DNA of 53,616 bases. Source: Nitrospirota bacterium (GTDB lineage: Bacteria > Nitrospirota > Nitrospiria > JACQCE01). Below the pieces are notes generated by a model that searched no databases, had not been told where the DNA came from, and saw nothing but the letters and a program-made list of their open reading frames with translations. A program made the translations under genes and the position numbers. Below, piece by piece: positions 27,771-36,427 of the stretch. Numbering within the stretch: the stretch's first letter is position 1; each line of letters begins with the position of its first letter. The stretch is taken from the NCBI GenBank assembly GCA_016201765.1, contig JACQCE010000048.1, positions 1 through 53,616 of the forward strand, in the 5' to 3' direction.

Positions 27771-29588
27771 ATGCGGCAACGGGCCGGAGATTGGCTCATA
27801 TATGTGATCGTGGCTGTCCCGTTCCTTGCCGCGGCGTTTGACACGGGCGTTCAGAGCCTGCTCTTTACCACGCTGACCGCGTGGGGGACGCTGGCGCTTC
27901 TCCTGATCGTTGGTGTGCGCCCCGCAACGGGGGATCCCCCCGTTGCGGGGCGCCTGTTTGATCTGCCGTTGTTCGGTCTGCTCCTGGTCGGCGGCGTGTC
28001 CGCCGTCTGGTGGACGGTTGATCGGGGCAGTAGTGATCTGGGGCTGATCAAACTGGCCAATTTCGTCCTTCTCGCACTCCTGCTGCCCCGGTTGCTGCCC
28101 TCGGTATCCGCCTATCGGCCGTTGTTGTTCTGGGTGGCCCTGCTGGCCGGCGGGCTGGCGCTCTATGGTTTTCTTCAGTGGCCGTTGGGATTGAATCAGA
28201 TGGGAGGCCGTCTGCACTCGTTCTTTCTGATTCCCAACAGCCTGGCCGGCTTTCTGGCGGCGGCCCTGCCGGTGACGGCGGCATTGCTGCTTACGGCGAA
28301 ATCCCGCCCGGCCCATGCGTGGTGGCTGGTGCTGGCGATTCTGCAGGCGGCGGCATTGGCGGCCACCGGTTCGCGGGGCGGCTGGCTGGCTGGCGCCGCG
28401 GGGATGCTGTGCGCGCTGGCGCTCGTGGGATGGAGGCGGGTGATGGGACGAACGCTCCTGATCGGCGCGGTGGTGTTGGCCCTGTCCGTCACGGTAATTG
28501 ACCGGTTGCATCCGGAGTTGATCAGGCCGCGCGCGGCCACGTTGACCCATCTACTCAATGCCGAGCCGCACCGCTATCTCATCTGGCAGAGCGCCGTTGA
28601 GATGATCCGGGAACGACCGCTGACGGGGTGGGGCATCGGCACGTTTGGTCTGGCCTACGTGCGGTTTAAATCGCCGGCGTTTGACGGTGTGACGCAGTAC
28701 TATGCCCACAATGATTACCTTCAACTCGCCGCGGAAATGGGGCTGCCCGGGCTGGCCTGTTTCCTCTGGCTGGCCGGTGCGGCCGGCTGGATGGTCTGGC
28801 GTGTGCGGCGCGTCCGTCAAGGAAAGGCGGACGATGTGGCGGAGGCGAAGCAGGCCTCCGGTGACGCCGCAATTCTCCTGGCCGGCGTGGCGGGCGGCGG
28901 AGCCGCGATTCTGCTGCATAGCGCGGTTGACTTCGATCTCTATGTCCCGGCCATTTTGTTCGTGCTGGCGATCTATCTCGGCTATCTGCGCTCGTCCTGG
29001 CGCGAGGTGTGCGGCCGACATTCCACCGATTCGCCATCCCCATGGGCGGCTTCAGCCTCGGCGGCGGCCCTGTGGACGAAGACGCGCCCGTTGGCCGCGG
29101 TGATCGTGTCCGTGCTGCTGGCGCTGTTGGTCGGCCGGCTCTATCTGGCGGACAGGGCCGGTTTGGCCGGGCAGGAGTCAATGGCCCGGAACCGTTATGA
29201 AGAGGCGATCGGCCGTTTTGCCGTGGCGACGGTATGGAACCCGCGCCAGGCCTCCTATTACGAGAACCTGGGGCTCGCCTATGAGCATTGGGCCAATCAG
29301 AGTCGTCGCCAGGATCTGCTGCAAACGGCGGAAATGGCCTTCCGGATGGCGACCCAATTGAGCCCTGCCGATTATCGATACTACTGGAATTTGGGGCGGT
29401 TTTATAAAAATTATGCCGCATTTTCATCGAGTTTTGCGGCGTACGACCCCTGGAGCGCCTACAGACAGGCGGCTGAGCTCTATCCGACAAAAACCGCCAT
29501 TCTCAAGGAGCTGGATTCGCTCGGCCCCCCCTCCCACTCCCCCCCAATCCCGTTAATCCGGGAGAAAACCACCCTCCGTTCCGCTTGA
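27771..29588 (+). CDS. O-antigen ligase/Wzy_C-family protein with C-terminal TPR, probable pilin O-oligosaccharyltransferase
   Basis: ~12 TM helices, PNSLAG, TGSRGG, PLTGWGIGTF, AHNDYLQLAAEMGLPG, HSAVDFD; immediately after the pilin. Confidence 0.85.
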   Translation: MRQRAGDWLIYVIVAVPFLAAAFDTGVQSLLFTTLTAWGTLALLLIVGVRPATGDPPVAGRLFDLPLFGLLLVGGVSAVWWTVDRGSSDLGLIKLANFVLLALLLPRLLPSVSAYRPLLFWVALLAGGLALYGFLQWPLGLNQMGGRLHSFFLIPNSLAGFLAAALPVTAALLLTAKSRPAHAWWLVLAILQAAALAATGSRGGWLAGAAGMLCALALVGWRRVMGRTLLIGAVVLALSVTVIDRLHPELIRPRAATLTHLLNAEPHRYLIWQSAVEMIRERPLTGWGIGTFGLAYVRFKSPAFDGVTQYYAHNDYLQLAAEMGLPGLACFLWLAGAAGWMVWRVRRVRQGKADDVAEAKQASGDAAILLAGVAGGGAAILLHSAVDFDLYVPAILFVLAIYLGYLRSSWREVCGRHSTDSPSPWAASASAAALWTKTRPLAAVIVSVLLALLVGRLYLADRAGLAGQESMARNRYEEAIGRFAVATVWNPRQASYYENLGLAYEHWANQSRRQDLLQTAEMAFRMATQLSPADYRYYWNLGRFYKNYAAFSSSFAAYDPWSAYRQAAELYPTKTAILKELDSLGPPSHSPPIPLIREKTTLRSA

Positions 29589-29622
29589 CGGCCGGGGAAA
29601 ATCTGCTACCGTTAACAATAGG
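29585..29622 (+). promoter_or_regulatory. Sigma70-type promoter for riboswitch/minor pilin operon
   Basis: TTGACG-N16-TACCGT with extended TG, followed by TAACAATAGG; ends ~10 nt before the aptamer. Confidence 0.55.
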
Positions 29623-29632
29623 TTTTCACGTC

Positions 29633-29728
29633 TGCCACCGATAAGAGCGATCCCCTTGAAAAGGGGGAATTCGCAAAGCGACACGCCTACGGCCCTCACG
29701 GCACGGCGATGTGGTTGCCGAAGTGGCA
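29633..29728 (+). ncRNA. GEMM-I (cyclic-di-GMP-I family) riboswitch, A20/C92 variant (cGAMP-type)
   Basis: P1 TGCCAC/GTGGCA; GC-GA-TCCCCTT-GAAA-AGGGGGA-ATT-CGC-AAAGC P2 and junction; GCCTACGGCC..GGCACGGC receptor-like P3; 3' GGTTGCCGAA. Aligns by eye with Vc2 and Geobacter GEMM-I aptamers. Confidence 0.8.
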
Positions 29729-29826
29729 CACCAGGGAGTCCGCAAATGTTGCGGCTCCGCGACCAGTCACCCTGTGATTGGACACGGAAGACGGCCGGAG
29801 ACGGCGTCTTGCGAACGGTGTGCGGC

Positions 29827-30513
29827 ATGGAGCAGCCAGCGCCTCAAAGACACAGAGCACTCGTGCACCCATTCCTGTCCGGCCGCGCCAGTGGTGCGCG
29901 TTCCGGCCAGGCAGGCTTCACGCTGATCGAGCTGGTGATCATCATCGTCATTATCGGCATTCTGGCTATTGTCGCTATTCCTCGCTTCAATTACAGCGGT
30001 CCGCAGGTGTCGGCGACGTCCAGAAAATTGATCGGGGACCTTCGATACGCGCAGGCACGCGCCGTCGCCACGCAGGTCCCGCACGGCGTGACCTTCGCCG
30101 CCTGCGCCGGGGGCGCGGCTGGTTGCACCCAATATCGGCTCTTTTTCAACTGCGCCGGAATTCAGAATAACTCCAATTGCGCCCCGGCCGAACTGGCCGC
30201 GTTCACCGGATTCGCTGTGACGGCGGATCCCCTTGGACAATATTATCTGGAGAAAGATCCATTGAGCGGTCAGGATTTCTCCATGCAGATGATCGGCCCC
30301 CATGACGGGGTGCTGCTCGATACGACGCTGGCGGAGCAGACCATTCAATTCAACGCGACGGGCAGGCCCTGCGGGGGGTGGGGCGCCGGTTGTGTCGCGC
30401 TGGCGCTGCTCCCGTCGCCGACCAATACCATCGATGTCCACAAGGATATGGCGTGCGAGCAGATGTCGGTCACGGTGGCCACGGGGCTGGTGGATTGGCG
30501 GGACCAATGTTGA
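29827..30513 (+). CDS. Minor pilin (MshC/FimT/GspH-like)
   Basis: QAG/FTLIELVIIIVIIGILAIVAIPRF, DLRYAQARAV, IQFNATGRP; Cys-rich. Confidence 0.85.
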   Translation: MEQPAPQRHRALVHPFLSGRASGARSGQAGFTLIELVIIIVIIGILAIVAIPRFNYSGPQVSATSRKLIGDLRYAQARAVATQVPHGVTFAACAGGAAGCTQYRLFFNCAGIQNNSNCAPAELAAFTGFAVTADPLGQYYLEKDPLSGQDFSMQMIGPHDGVLLDTTLAEQTIQFNATGRPCGGWGAGCVALALLPSPTNTIDVHKDMACEQMSVTVATGLVDWRDQC

Positions 30514-31175
30514 TGAGGGCGGTCGCCACGGCGTCCGCGAGCCGCAGGGGGCGGACGGGACCTTTCCTCCGCAATCAACGGGGCGTGACGCTGGTCGAGC
30601 TGGTGATTCTGCTGGTGATCGCCGCCATCGCGCTTCCCACGCTGATGATCTATTTCATCCAAACGATGAATCACACCGCCGAGGCGCAGATGGGCACGGT
30701 GGGCTTGGGGCTGGCGCAGGAATTGATGGAGGAGGTCAGGGCGAAGCGCTGGGACGAGAATGTCCCGATTCCCAACGGCGTTCCAACGGGCGCGAATGCG
30801 CTCGGCCCCGAGGCAGGTGAAAGCCGCTGCGACCCGGCGGCGCCGATGTGCACTTCCTATGACGATATCGACGATTACAATTTCCCTGATGCGGCGCCCA
30901 ACAGCGGGATTACTGATCCGCACGGAAATCCTTTGCCGGCCTACGCGGGGTACCTGTACCGGGTGAAGGTCTGCTACGTCAATGGGCCGCAATCCGTCGG
31001 CGACGGGGGCGACAATGCGAATGGGGGCGCCTGTGTGGCGGGCGCCACCGACTACAAAAAAATCACGGTCACGGTGATGTGGGGCGAGTGCGCGGACAGC
31101 GCGTCTCCCCGATGCGGGCGGATGCAACTGGACACGGTCATGGCCAACTACCATCTCGATCAATCGTCATCATGA
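30513..31175 (+). CDS. Minor pilin (MshD/PilV-like)
   Basis: QRG/VTLVELV, AQELMEEVRAKRWDEN, LGPEAGESR, YDDIDDYN, YKKITVTV; TGATG coupling. Confidence 0.85.
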   Translation: MRAVATASASRRGRTGPFLRNQRGVTLVELVILLVIAAIALPTLMIYFIQTMNHTAEAQMGTVGLGLAQELMEEVRAKRWDENVPIPNGVPTGANALGPEAGESRCDPAAPMCTSYDDIDDYNFPDAAPNSGITDPHGNPLPAYAGYLYRVKVCYVNGPQSVGDGGDNANGGACVAGATDYKKITVTVMWGECADSASPRCGRMQLDTVMANYHLDQSSS

Positions 31176-32131
31176 ACAGGCGAATAATCATCAACCGCCG
31201 CGGCATCACGCTGCTGGAGATCATCCTGGTGATGGTGATCATGGGCATCCTGGCCGGGATTATTGTGGTGCCGGTGATCACGGGGGCGAAAGCCTGGAGC
31301 GACATGACCCGCCAGAATGAGGTTTCGCAACAGGCCCGGATCGGACTGGACCGGTTTGTGCGCGAGGCGCGCGCGATTCGGCGGGTCAACGGGCGGCCGT
31401 CGCTCATGGTGAACTGGACCGAAGGCGTCACGCCGGTGGCGATCGGGCCGAACCGGATCCGGTTTATCACATCGAGCGGCGAGGACCTGGAGTACAGCTG
31501 GGCGGGCGCGGGGCAGCCGTTGATCCGCACCGACTGGACGACCGGCGTCGCCGTGACCGACCCCGCCGCCATAAACGTGCAAAATTTCTCCCTGGCCTAT
31601 TATGAAGATTCCAACGCGTCGATCGTCCAGATGCGCCAGGAGGCCGAGGACGCGCCGGTGGCGTGCACCCCCGATGTCTGCGCCGACACCGTGCAGGGCG
31701 CCGATGTCGTGCTGGCGGTCAACGGCGCGACCCTGGCCTACCAGTTCACCGGCACGCGGATTGCCTGGATCGGCCCGAAGGATGTCGGCCTCGGGACGGC
31801 GGAGGTCTGGATTTCCGATACCGTTCCGGACGTCATCGCCAATCCCGCCACCACGGACCCGGCGACCGCGATCGTCGTTCAAAACTCGAGTGCGGCCACT
31901 CCCGCCACGGCGCTCTTTGTCAGCGGCCCGCTGCCCTACGGTGCGCACTGGATTGCCATCGCCTGTCGAAGCCCGCTGAATGCCGATTGTTCGGTAACGC
32001 CGGTCAAGGCGGATGCGTTGGATTTGCTGGTCAACCGCGTGGTGGTCGACCTGACGGTCGGGGAGGGGGCGTGCAACGCCAACCTGTGCACCACCCTGCG
32101 CGACCAGATCTCATTCCGGTCCGTGCAATGA
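31172..32131 (+). CDS. Minor pilin (MshO/PilW-like) with inserted jelly-roll-like segment
   Basis: RRG/ITLLEIILVMVIMGIL, ARIGLDRFVREAR; ATGA overlap. Confidence 0.82.
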   Translation: MNRRIIINRRGITLLEIILVMVIMGILAGIIVVPVITGAKAWSDMTRQNEVSQQARIGLDRFVREARAIRRVNGRPSLMVNWTEGVTPVAIGPNRIRFITSSGEDLEYSWAGAGQPLIRTDWTTGVAVTDPAAINVQNFSLAYYEDSNASIVQMRQEAEDAPVACTPDVCADTVQGADVVLAVNGATLAYQFTGTRIAWIGPKDVGLGTAEVWISDTVPDVIANPATTDPATAIVVQNSSAATPATALFVSGPLPYGAHWIAIACRSPLNADCSVTPVKADALDLLVNRVVVDLTVGEGACNANLCTTLRDQISFRSVQ

Positions 32132-33537
32132 TCAGGGCAATGATCAAGACGAGGATGACGACGAACCGACTCTCACAGGAGCGTGGCATCTCGGTGATAT
32201 TCGTGGTGATCGCCATGCTGCTCCTTGCGCTGCTCGGCAGCGTCATGGTCTCCGTCATGATCAGCGGGCGCTTCGCGGGGGTCGACCAGATGCAGGCGGC
32301 GTCGGCCCAGTATCTGGCGGAGGCCGGCCTGGACCGGGCGCTGCACTATTTTTTCGACGAGCAGCAGAGCTGCACCACCGATCCGAACGTCTTTCATGTG
32401 GCGCTGGGCAACGGCCATTACACCGTGGCGACGGAGTCGTTCGCCCCCGCGGCGCTCGCGTTGGACGCGGCGATCACCGCGGAGGATGAAAGCTTCACGG
32501 TCAATTTGAACGGGGCGGCCGACCTGAAGGCCGCCGGCTACGCCAACCCCTACGGCATCGTGGTGATCGGGTCGGAGATCATCGAATGCGCGCAGGTGGC
32601 CGGCAACACGTTTTCATTGTGCAAGCGGGGTGTGGGGGGATCGACGGCGACCGCCCACGCCGCCACGACGAGCAAGGTCCTCCAGGATTTTTGCATTGTC
32701 AATGCGATCGGCACCGCCACCGCCGCGCAGGCCGGCAACGCCCAGCGGGTGGTCTCAATCGGTTTTTCCCAATTTGATCGCGGTTGGGCCGTCGGCGATC
32801 AGGGCACGATGCTCCAATGGAGCGGCGTCGCATGGGAGCCGGTGGACTCGATGACCGGCCGGACTCTTCGGGTGGTCAAGCTGACCTCGCTCGGCGGCGG
32901 CTGGGCCATGGGCGATTCGGGCGTGATGGGGCAGTGGGACGGCACCGCGTGGCAGAAACGGCGATCGGCCTACATGTACTTCTCCGCCAACGGCGGCGAA
33001 GCGATTGGGCTGCTCGACACCGATCCGCATGAAGTCGGTCAAACGGCCCGGGTGCTCTCCCTCCCGATTCCAGGAGGCGGAGTCAGGGAGATGGCAACCA
33101 TGCCGAATGGGAAATATCTCTATGTGACGCGGGGCGCCGGCCACAACGATGTGGTGGTGATCGATCCGAGCGCCTGCCGGGCCGGTGATCTGCCGGACCG
33201 GCCCCGGCCCAGGCGCCTGCGGGACGACGGAGACCGCTCCGGCGAACGACTACGTGGAGGCCACGTTCACTCTGACCGATACGGCGAATCCCGCCAATTG
33301 CCCGAATCCCGTGCCGCGGTACATTGGCTTGAACTGGAACGGGAGCAAGGCCTTTGTCACCACCGGATCATCCGGCTGTGTGAAGTCGGTCACCCTGACC
33401 AGCGGATTTTCCCCCCCCAACCCGACCGTCGTCGGCATCAATACGGGCGATGCCGATCTCTGGGGCATCGCCATTCACCCCGGCGGCTCTTACGCCTACG
33501 TCGCCGGCCGGGCGACCAAGAAGGTGTATCTGATTGA
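32128..33537 (+). CDS. PilX/MshP-like pilin-fused adhesin, N-terminal part (reading frame lost near 33175-33190)
   Basis: ERG/ISVIFVVIAM (no E5), AQYLAEAGL, GWAVGDQG propeller repeats; translation turns into Arg/Pro-rich junk after IDPSACR. Confidence 0.75.
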   Translation: MIRAMIKTRMTTNRLSQERGISVIFVVIAMLLLALLGSVMVSVMISGRFAGVDQMQAASAQYLAEAGLDRALHYFFDEQQSCTTDPNVFHVALGNGHYTVATESFAPAALALDAAITAEDESFTVNLNGAADLKAAGYANPYGIVVIGSEIIECAQVAGNTFSLCKRGVGGSTATAHAATTSKVLQDFCIVNAIGTATAAQAGNAQRVVSIGFSQFDRGWAVGDQGTMLQWSGVAWEPVDSMTGRTLRVVKLTSLGGGWAMGDSGVMGQWDGTAWQKRRSAYMYFSANGGEAIGLLDTDPHEVGQTARVLSLPIPGGGVREMATMPNGKYLYVTRGAGHNDVVVIDPSACRAGDLPDRPRPRRLRDDGDRSGERLRGGHVHSDRYGESRQLPESRAAVHWLELEREQGLCHHRIIRLCEVGHPDQRIFPPQPDRRRHQYGRCRSLGHRHSPRRLLRLRRRPGDQEGVSD

Positions 33538-36283
33538 TTTGGGGAGCGATCAAAAGGTTGATGCCGTTCCCATCGTCGGAGGCACGCCGTGGCACGTGGG
33601 GTATACGCGGGACGGCGCGGAAGCCTATGTGAGCAAAAACGGCACGACGAAACTCCTCTCGATCAACACGTCGGGCAATACGGCCGGCCCGGAAGTGGAC
33701 CTGTCCGACGACGGGCCGACGGGCGTGGCGTTGAGCCCCGACGGGAGTGAAATGTACGTCACCAATGTGACGGCCGGACGGGTCAACGTCGTGCGCGTCC
33801 AGGACAAGTCGCTGGGGACGGCGGCGATCATCGCCGATGGCCTGGTCGCCGACAGCGACATCGTGGCGTCGGCGGACCGGAATTTCCGCGCCCTCTCGAT
33901 GCTCGGCCCGAGCGAGGGGTGGGCGGTCGGGGAGGACGGCCGGTTGTTCCATTGGGATGGGACGAACTGGGGGATCGAGCCCCTCGCGACAATGCCCGTG
34001 GTGCCGCCCCCGGGCGTGTCCTGCTCGCCAGGCAATCCGCCGTCCACGTGTGACAACGGCGACGGGACGTGGACGTCCCAGATCGAACCCGTGCAGGACG
34101 TCTATGCGCGGCTCAATGACAGCGTTCAGAATGACGGCACCCTCTGCACGCCGCCGCAGATTCTGGGGTGTACCAACGGCATCAATTACCATTCGGGAAC
34201 GTTCCTCAACCCCAACCTCTACGAGACCGGCAATGAAATCGATCGATTGGGGCTTCGCCGGGTGCGTGAAGCGCCGAATGACGCCGACCCCAGCAACAAT
34301 GCCAGCCCCAATGCCGAGGGCGATCTGACCGAGACGATCATCACGCCCAATCCGAACAAAAAACTCTTCCGGCCGTATCTGCAATTTGATCTAGGTGTGG
34401 TCAAACAATATGCGCTGTCGGTGTCAACTGCGATTCTGCAGCTCCGGGCCTACAAGGCCGAGGTGCGTCCCTCCGACACCCCGGAATTCGGCACAACCGG
34501 ATTGTTCCTGGAATATCAAAATACCAGCGATTGCATTCTGGTCTCAGGCCAATGCGTACCGCCGGCCGTTAACGATTCATCGGGCAACGGCAATTCGGGG
34601 ACGAATTACGGAGGCACCATTGAGACGACCACGGGCGGCATTGATGGACCGGCCCTTTCCTTCGATGGCAATAATGACCGGGTGATCCTGCCTTCCACGA
34701 ATGCGCTGCAGGGCATTGCCAGCGGTGTGACGGTCTCGGTGTGGGTCAATTTTACCTCGGCATCCGAACTGACCGCCGCAAGCCAGGAGCTGATCCGCAA
34801 GGGCATCAACGACGATCGGCTCAGTTTTGTGCTGCGGCTTGTCAATGGCCGGCCGGCTTTCAAGGTGCGGGTCAGTTGCGGGCTGTTGTGCTGGGTGCCG
34901 AAGGAGGCATTATCCGACGGTCCCCCGCTGCAGCTTAATCACTGGTATATGCTCAGCGGCACGTATGACGGGCAACACCTCCGGGTGTATCAAGACGGCG
35001 GCGATCCCCTCAAGGAAGTGGATGCTTCGGGAGCTCTGTTTCCTGGAAGTGCTGCAGTGTCACCAGGTCCGCCCACTCGCAAATGCGGCGGTCATACCGG
35101 CGGCCCCACCGGCATTTCCTCCGATAGCCTCTGTATCGGAGGCACCAACACAACTAGTCCTCTCGGCACGGGGAACAGTTTTGCCGGCCTGATGGATGGA
35201 ATCCGTATTTACGATACGGGTTTGTCACAGACTGACAACAACGCCTTGGCTGGCCTTGGCGACCGCTACGTTGATATCTACCGAGTGACCTCTTCCTGGC
35301 CTGTTGCCACACTGAGCGGCGCGACGCAGCCGCAAAGCTGGGGTGTTGACCAGACGAACAGTTTTGCGAAAACGATCATCAGGCAGAAGGAGATCACCGA
35401 TCCCCTCAATGTGCCGCCGGGACAGAGGTATGAATGGGATGTGACGCGGCTGGCGCAGGGGTGGGTGGATGATACCTATCATAACTATGGTCTGGTCTTG
35501 AGGATGGGACTTGATCCGAGCACGGGGGCGACGGACCCCAGTTCCAGCGGTACAGTCTGGTTCTATTCGGCCCACGCCCCGTCGCCGTACACCGGCTACC
35601 GCCCCAGGTTGACCGTCAAATACCGAGTCAGCCGCCGTCCGAATCTGGCGTCGGTGGCGATGGTCGATACCAACGGCGACAAGGTTGCCGACGATGGCTG
35701 GGCCGTCGGCCAGGGGGGGGTCATTTTTCGCTACAACAGCGGCCCCAAGACCTGGTCGTTGTGGACGCAGCTCGCCAACGGCGCGCCGACCCTCCCGACG
35801 AAGGGGTTGAACTCGGTGTCGATGCGCAGCGCCACGGAGGGGTGGGTGGTCGGCGAGGAGGGGGTGATCTACCATTTCACCGGCACGCTGGCCGGAGGCG
35901 TGGTCACCGGCTCATGGGCGAAGGATCCCTTGTCGGAAGCGGTCACCTCCTCCAATGTAAACGCCGTCTCCATCGCGCCCAACGGCGACGGCATCGCCGT
36001 CGGGGACGACGGCGTCATCCTCATGTATGATCATCTTGCCGGTTCGTGGGCGGTGGATGGCACCTCGCCCGCTCGCCTGTTGGCCGTGAAAGCTTTTTCG
36101 AAGGCCAAGGCGTGGGGCGTCGGCGAGGAGGCCACGATTATCCGGAAACGCGCCGGGAGCTGGCTGGCCACCGATGCGGAGAACGGCACAGAGGCGCCGA
36201 GTGCGACCGGCAACACCCATTTGCGCGGGATTGATATGCTGCCGGAGCAGACCACGGTGAGCGACTGGCGCGAGAACTACTGA
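33185..36283 (+). CDS. Multidomain adhesin, C-terminal part (YVTN-like propeller, DNRLRE-like, LamG, GWAVG propeller); probably one gene with 32128
   Basis: GVALSPDGSEMYVTN repeats, RPYLQFDL..WDVTRLAQGW..NYGLVL..RPRLTVKY, DSSGNGNSGT..LSFDGNND..GLMDGIRIYD, GWAVG repeats, terminal WRE; no signal peptide. Confidence 0.8.
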   Translation: MICRTGPGPGACGTTETAPANDYVEATFTLTDTANPANCPNPVPRYIGLNWNGSKAFVTTGSSGCVKSVTLTSGFSPPNPTVVGINTGDADLWGIAIHPGGSYAYVAGRATKKVYLIDLGSDQKVDAVPIVGGTPWHVGYTRDGAEAYVSKNGTTKLLSINTSGNTAGPEVDLSDDGPTGVALSPDGSEMYVTNVTAGRVNVVRVQDKSLGTAAIIADGLVADSDIVASADRNFRALSMLGPSEGWAVGEDGRLFHWDGTNWGIEPLATMPVVPPPGVSCSPGNPPSTCDNGDGTWTSQIEPVQDVYARLNDSVQNDGTLCTPPQILGCTNGINYHSGTFLNPNLYETGNEIDRLGLRRVREAPNDADPSNNASPNAEGDLTETIITPNPNKKLFRPYLQFDLGVVKQYALSVSTAILQLRAYKAEVRPSDTPEFGTTGLFLEYQNTSDCILVSGQCVPPAVNDSSGNGNSGTNYGGTIETTTGGIDGPALSFDGNNDRVILPSTNALQGIASGVTVSVWVNFTSASELTAASQELIRKGINDDRLSFVLRLVNGRPAFKVRVSCGLLCWVPKEALSDGPPLQLNHWYMLSGTYDGQHLRVYQDGGDPLKEVDASGALFPGSAAVSPGPPTRKCGGHTGGPTGISSDSLCIGGTNTTSPLGTGNSFAGLMDGIRIYDTGLSQTDNNALAGLGDRYVDIYRVTSSWPVATLSGATQPQSWGVDQTNSFAKTIIRQKEITDPLNVPPGQRYEWDVTRLAQGWVDDTYHNYGLVLRMGLDPSTGATDPSSSGTVWFYSAHAPSPYTGYRPRLTVKYRVSRRPNLASVAMVDTNGDKVADDGWAVGQGGVIFRYNSGPKTWSLWTQLANGAPTLPTKGLNSVSMRSATEGWVVGEEGVIYHFTGTLAGGVVTGSWAKDPLSEAVTSSNVNAVSIAPNGDGIAVGDDGVILMYDHLAGSWAVDGTSPARLLAVKAFSKAKAWGVGEEATIIRKRAGSWLATDAENGTEAPSATGNTHLRGIDMLPEQTTVSDWRENY

Positions 36284-36293
36284 ATTTTACCGG

Positions 36294-36340
36294 CGTCAAC
36301 ATGTAGGTGTTGCCGGGTCTGAATGCCCCAACATCTTGTT
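36294..36340. promoter_or_regulatory. Tandem NrdR-box-like operators
   Basis: CAACATGTAG (36297) and CAACATCTTG (36329) fit core C-W-A-N-A-T-N-T-W-G, 32 bp apart, just before TTGACA at 36348. Confidence 0.45.
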
Positions 36341-36347
36341 TTTCTTC

Positions 36348-36380
36348 TTGACATCAGCCATTTTCTGGCGTATCAATAAT
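36348..36380 (+). promoter_or_regulatory. Sigma70-type promoter for pilMNO-secretin operon
   Basis: Perfect TTGACA then AT-rich TATCAATAAT at ~17-21 nt spacing. Confidence 0.55.
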
Positions 36381-36427
36381 CAAATCCGAATGATCAAAAC
36401 CGGAACGCATTTTACAGGTGTGCCGAT

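Noticed and set aside
29656-29826. 5' extension of the minor pilin ORF from TTG 29656
   Set aside because: Overlaps the riboswitch; prepilin leader fits ATG 29827 or a later start.
31663-32127. N-terminal part of the 624-aa ORF
   Set aside because: Alternate frame of the MshO-like gene; the real start is at or after 32128.
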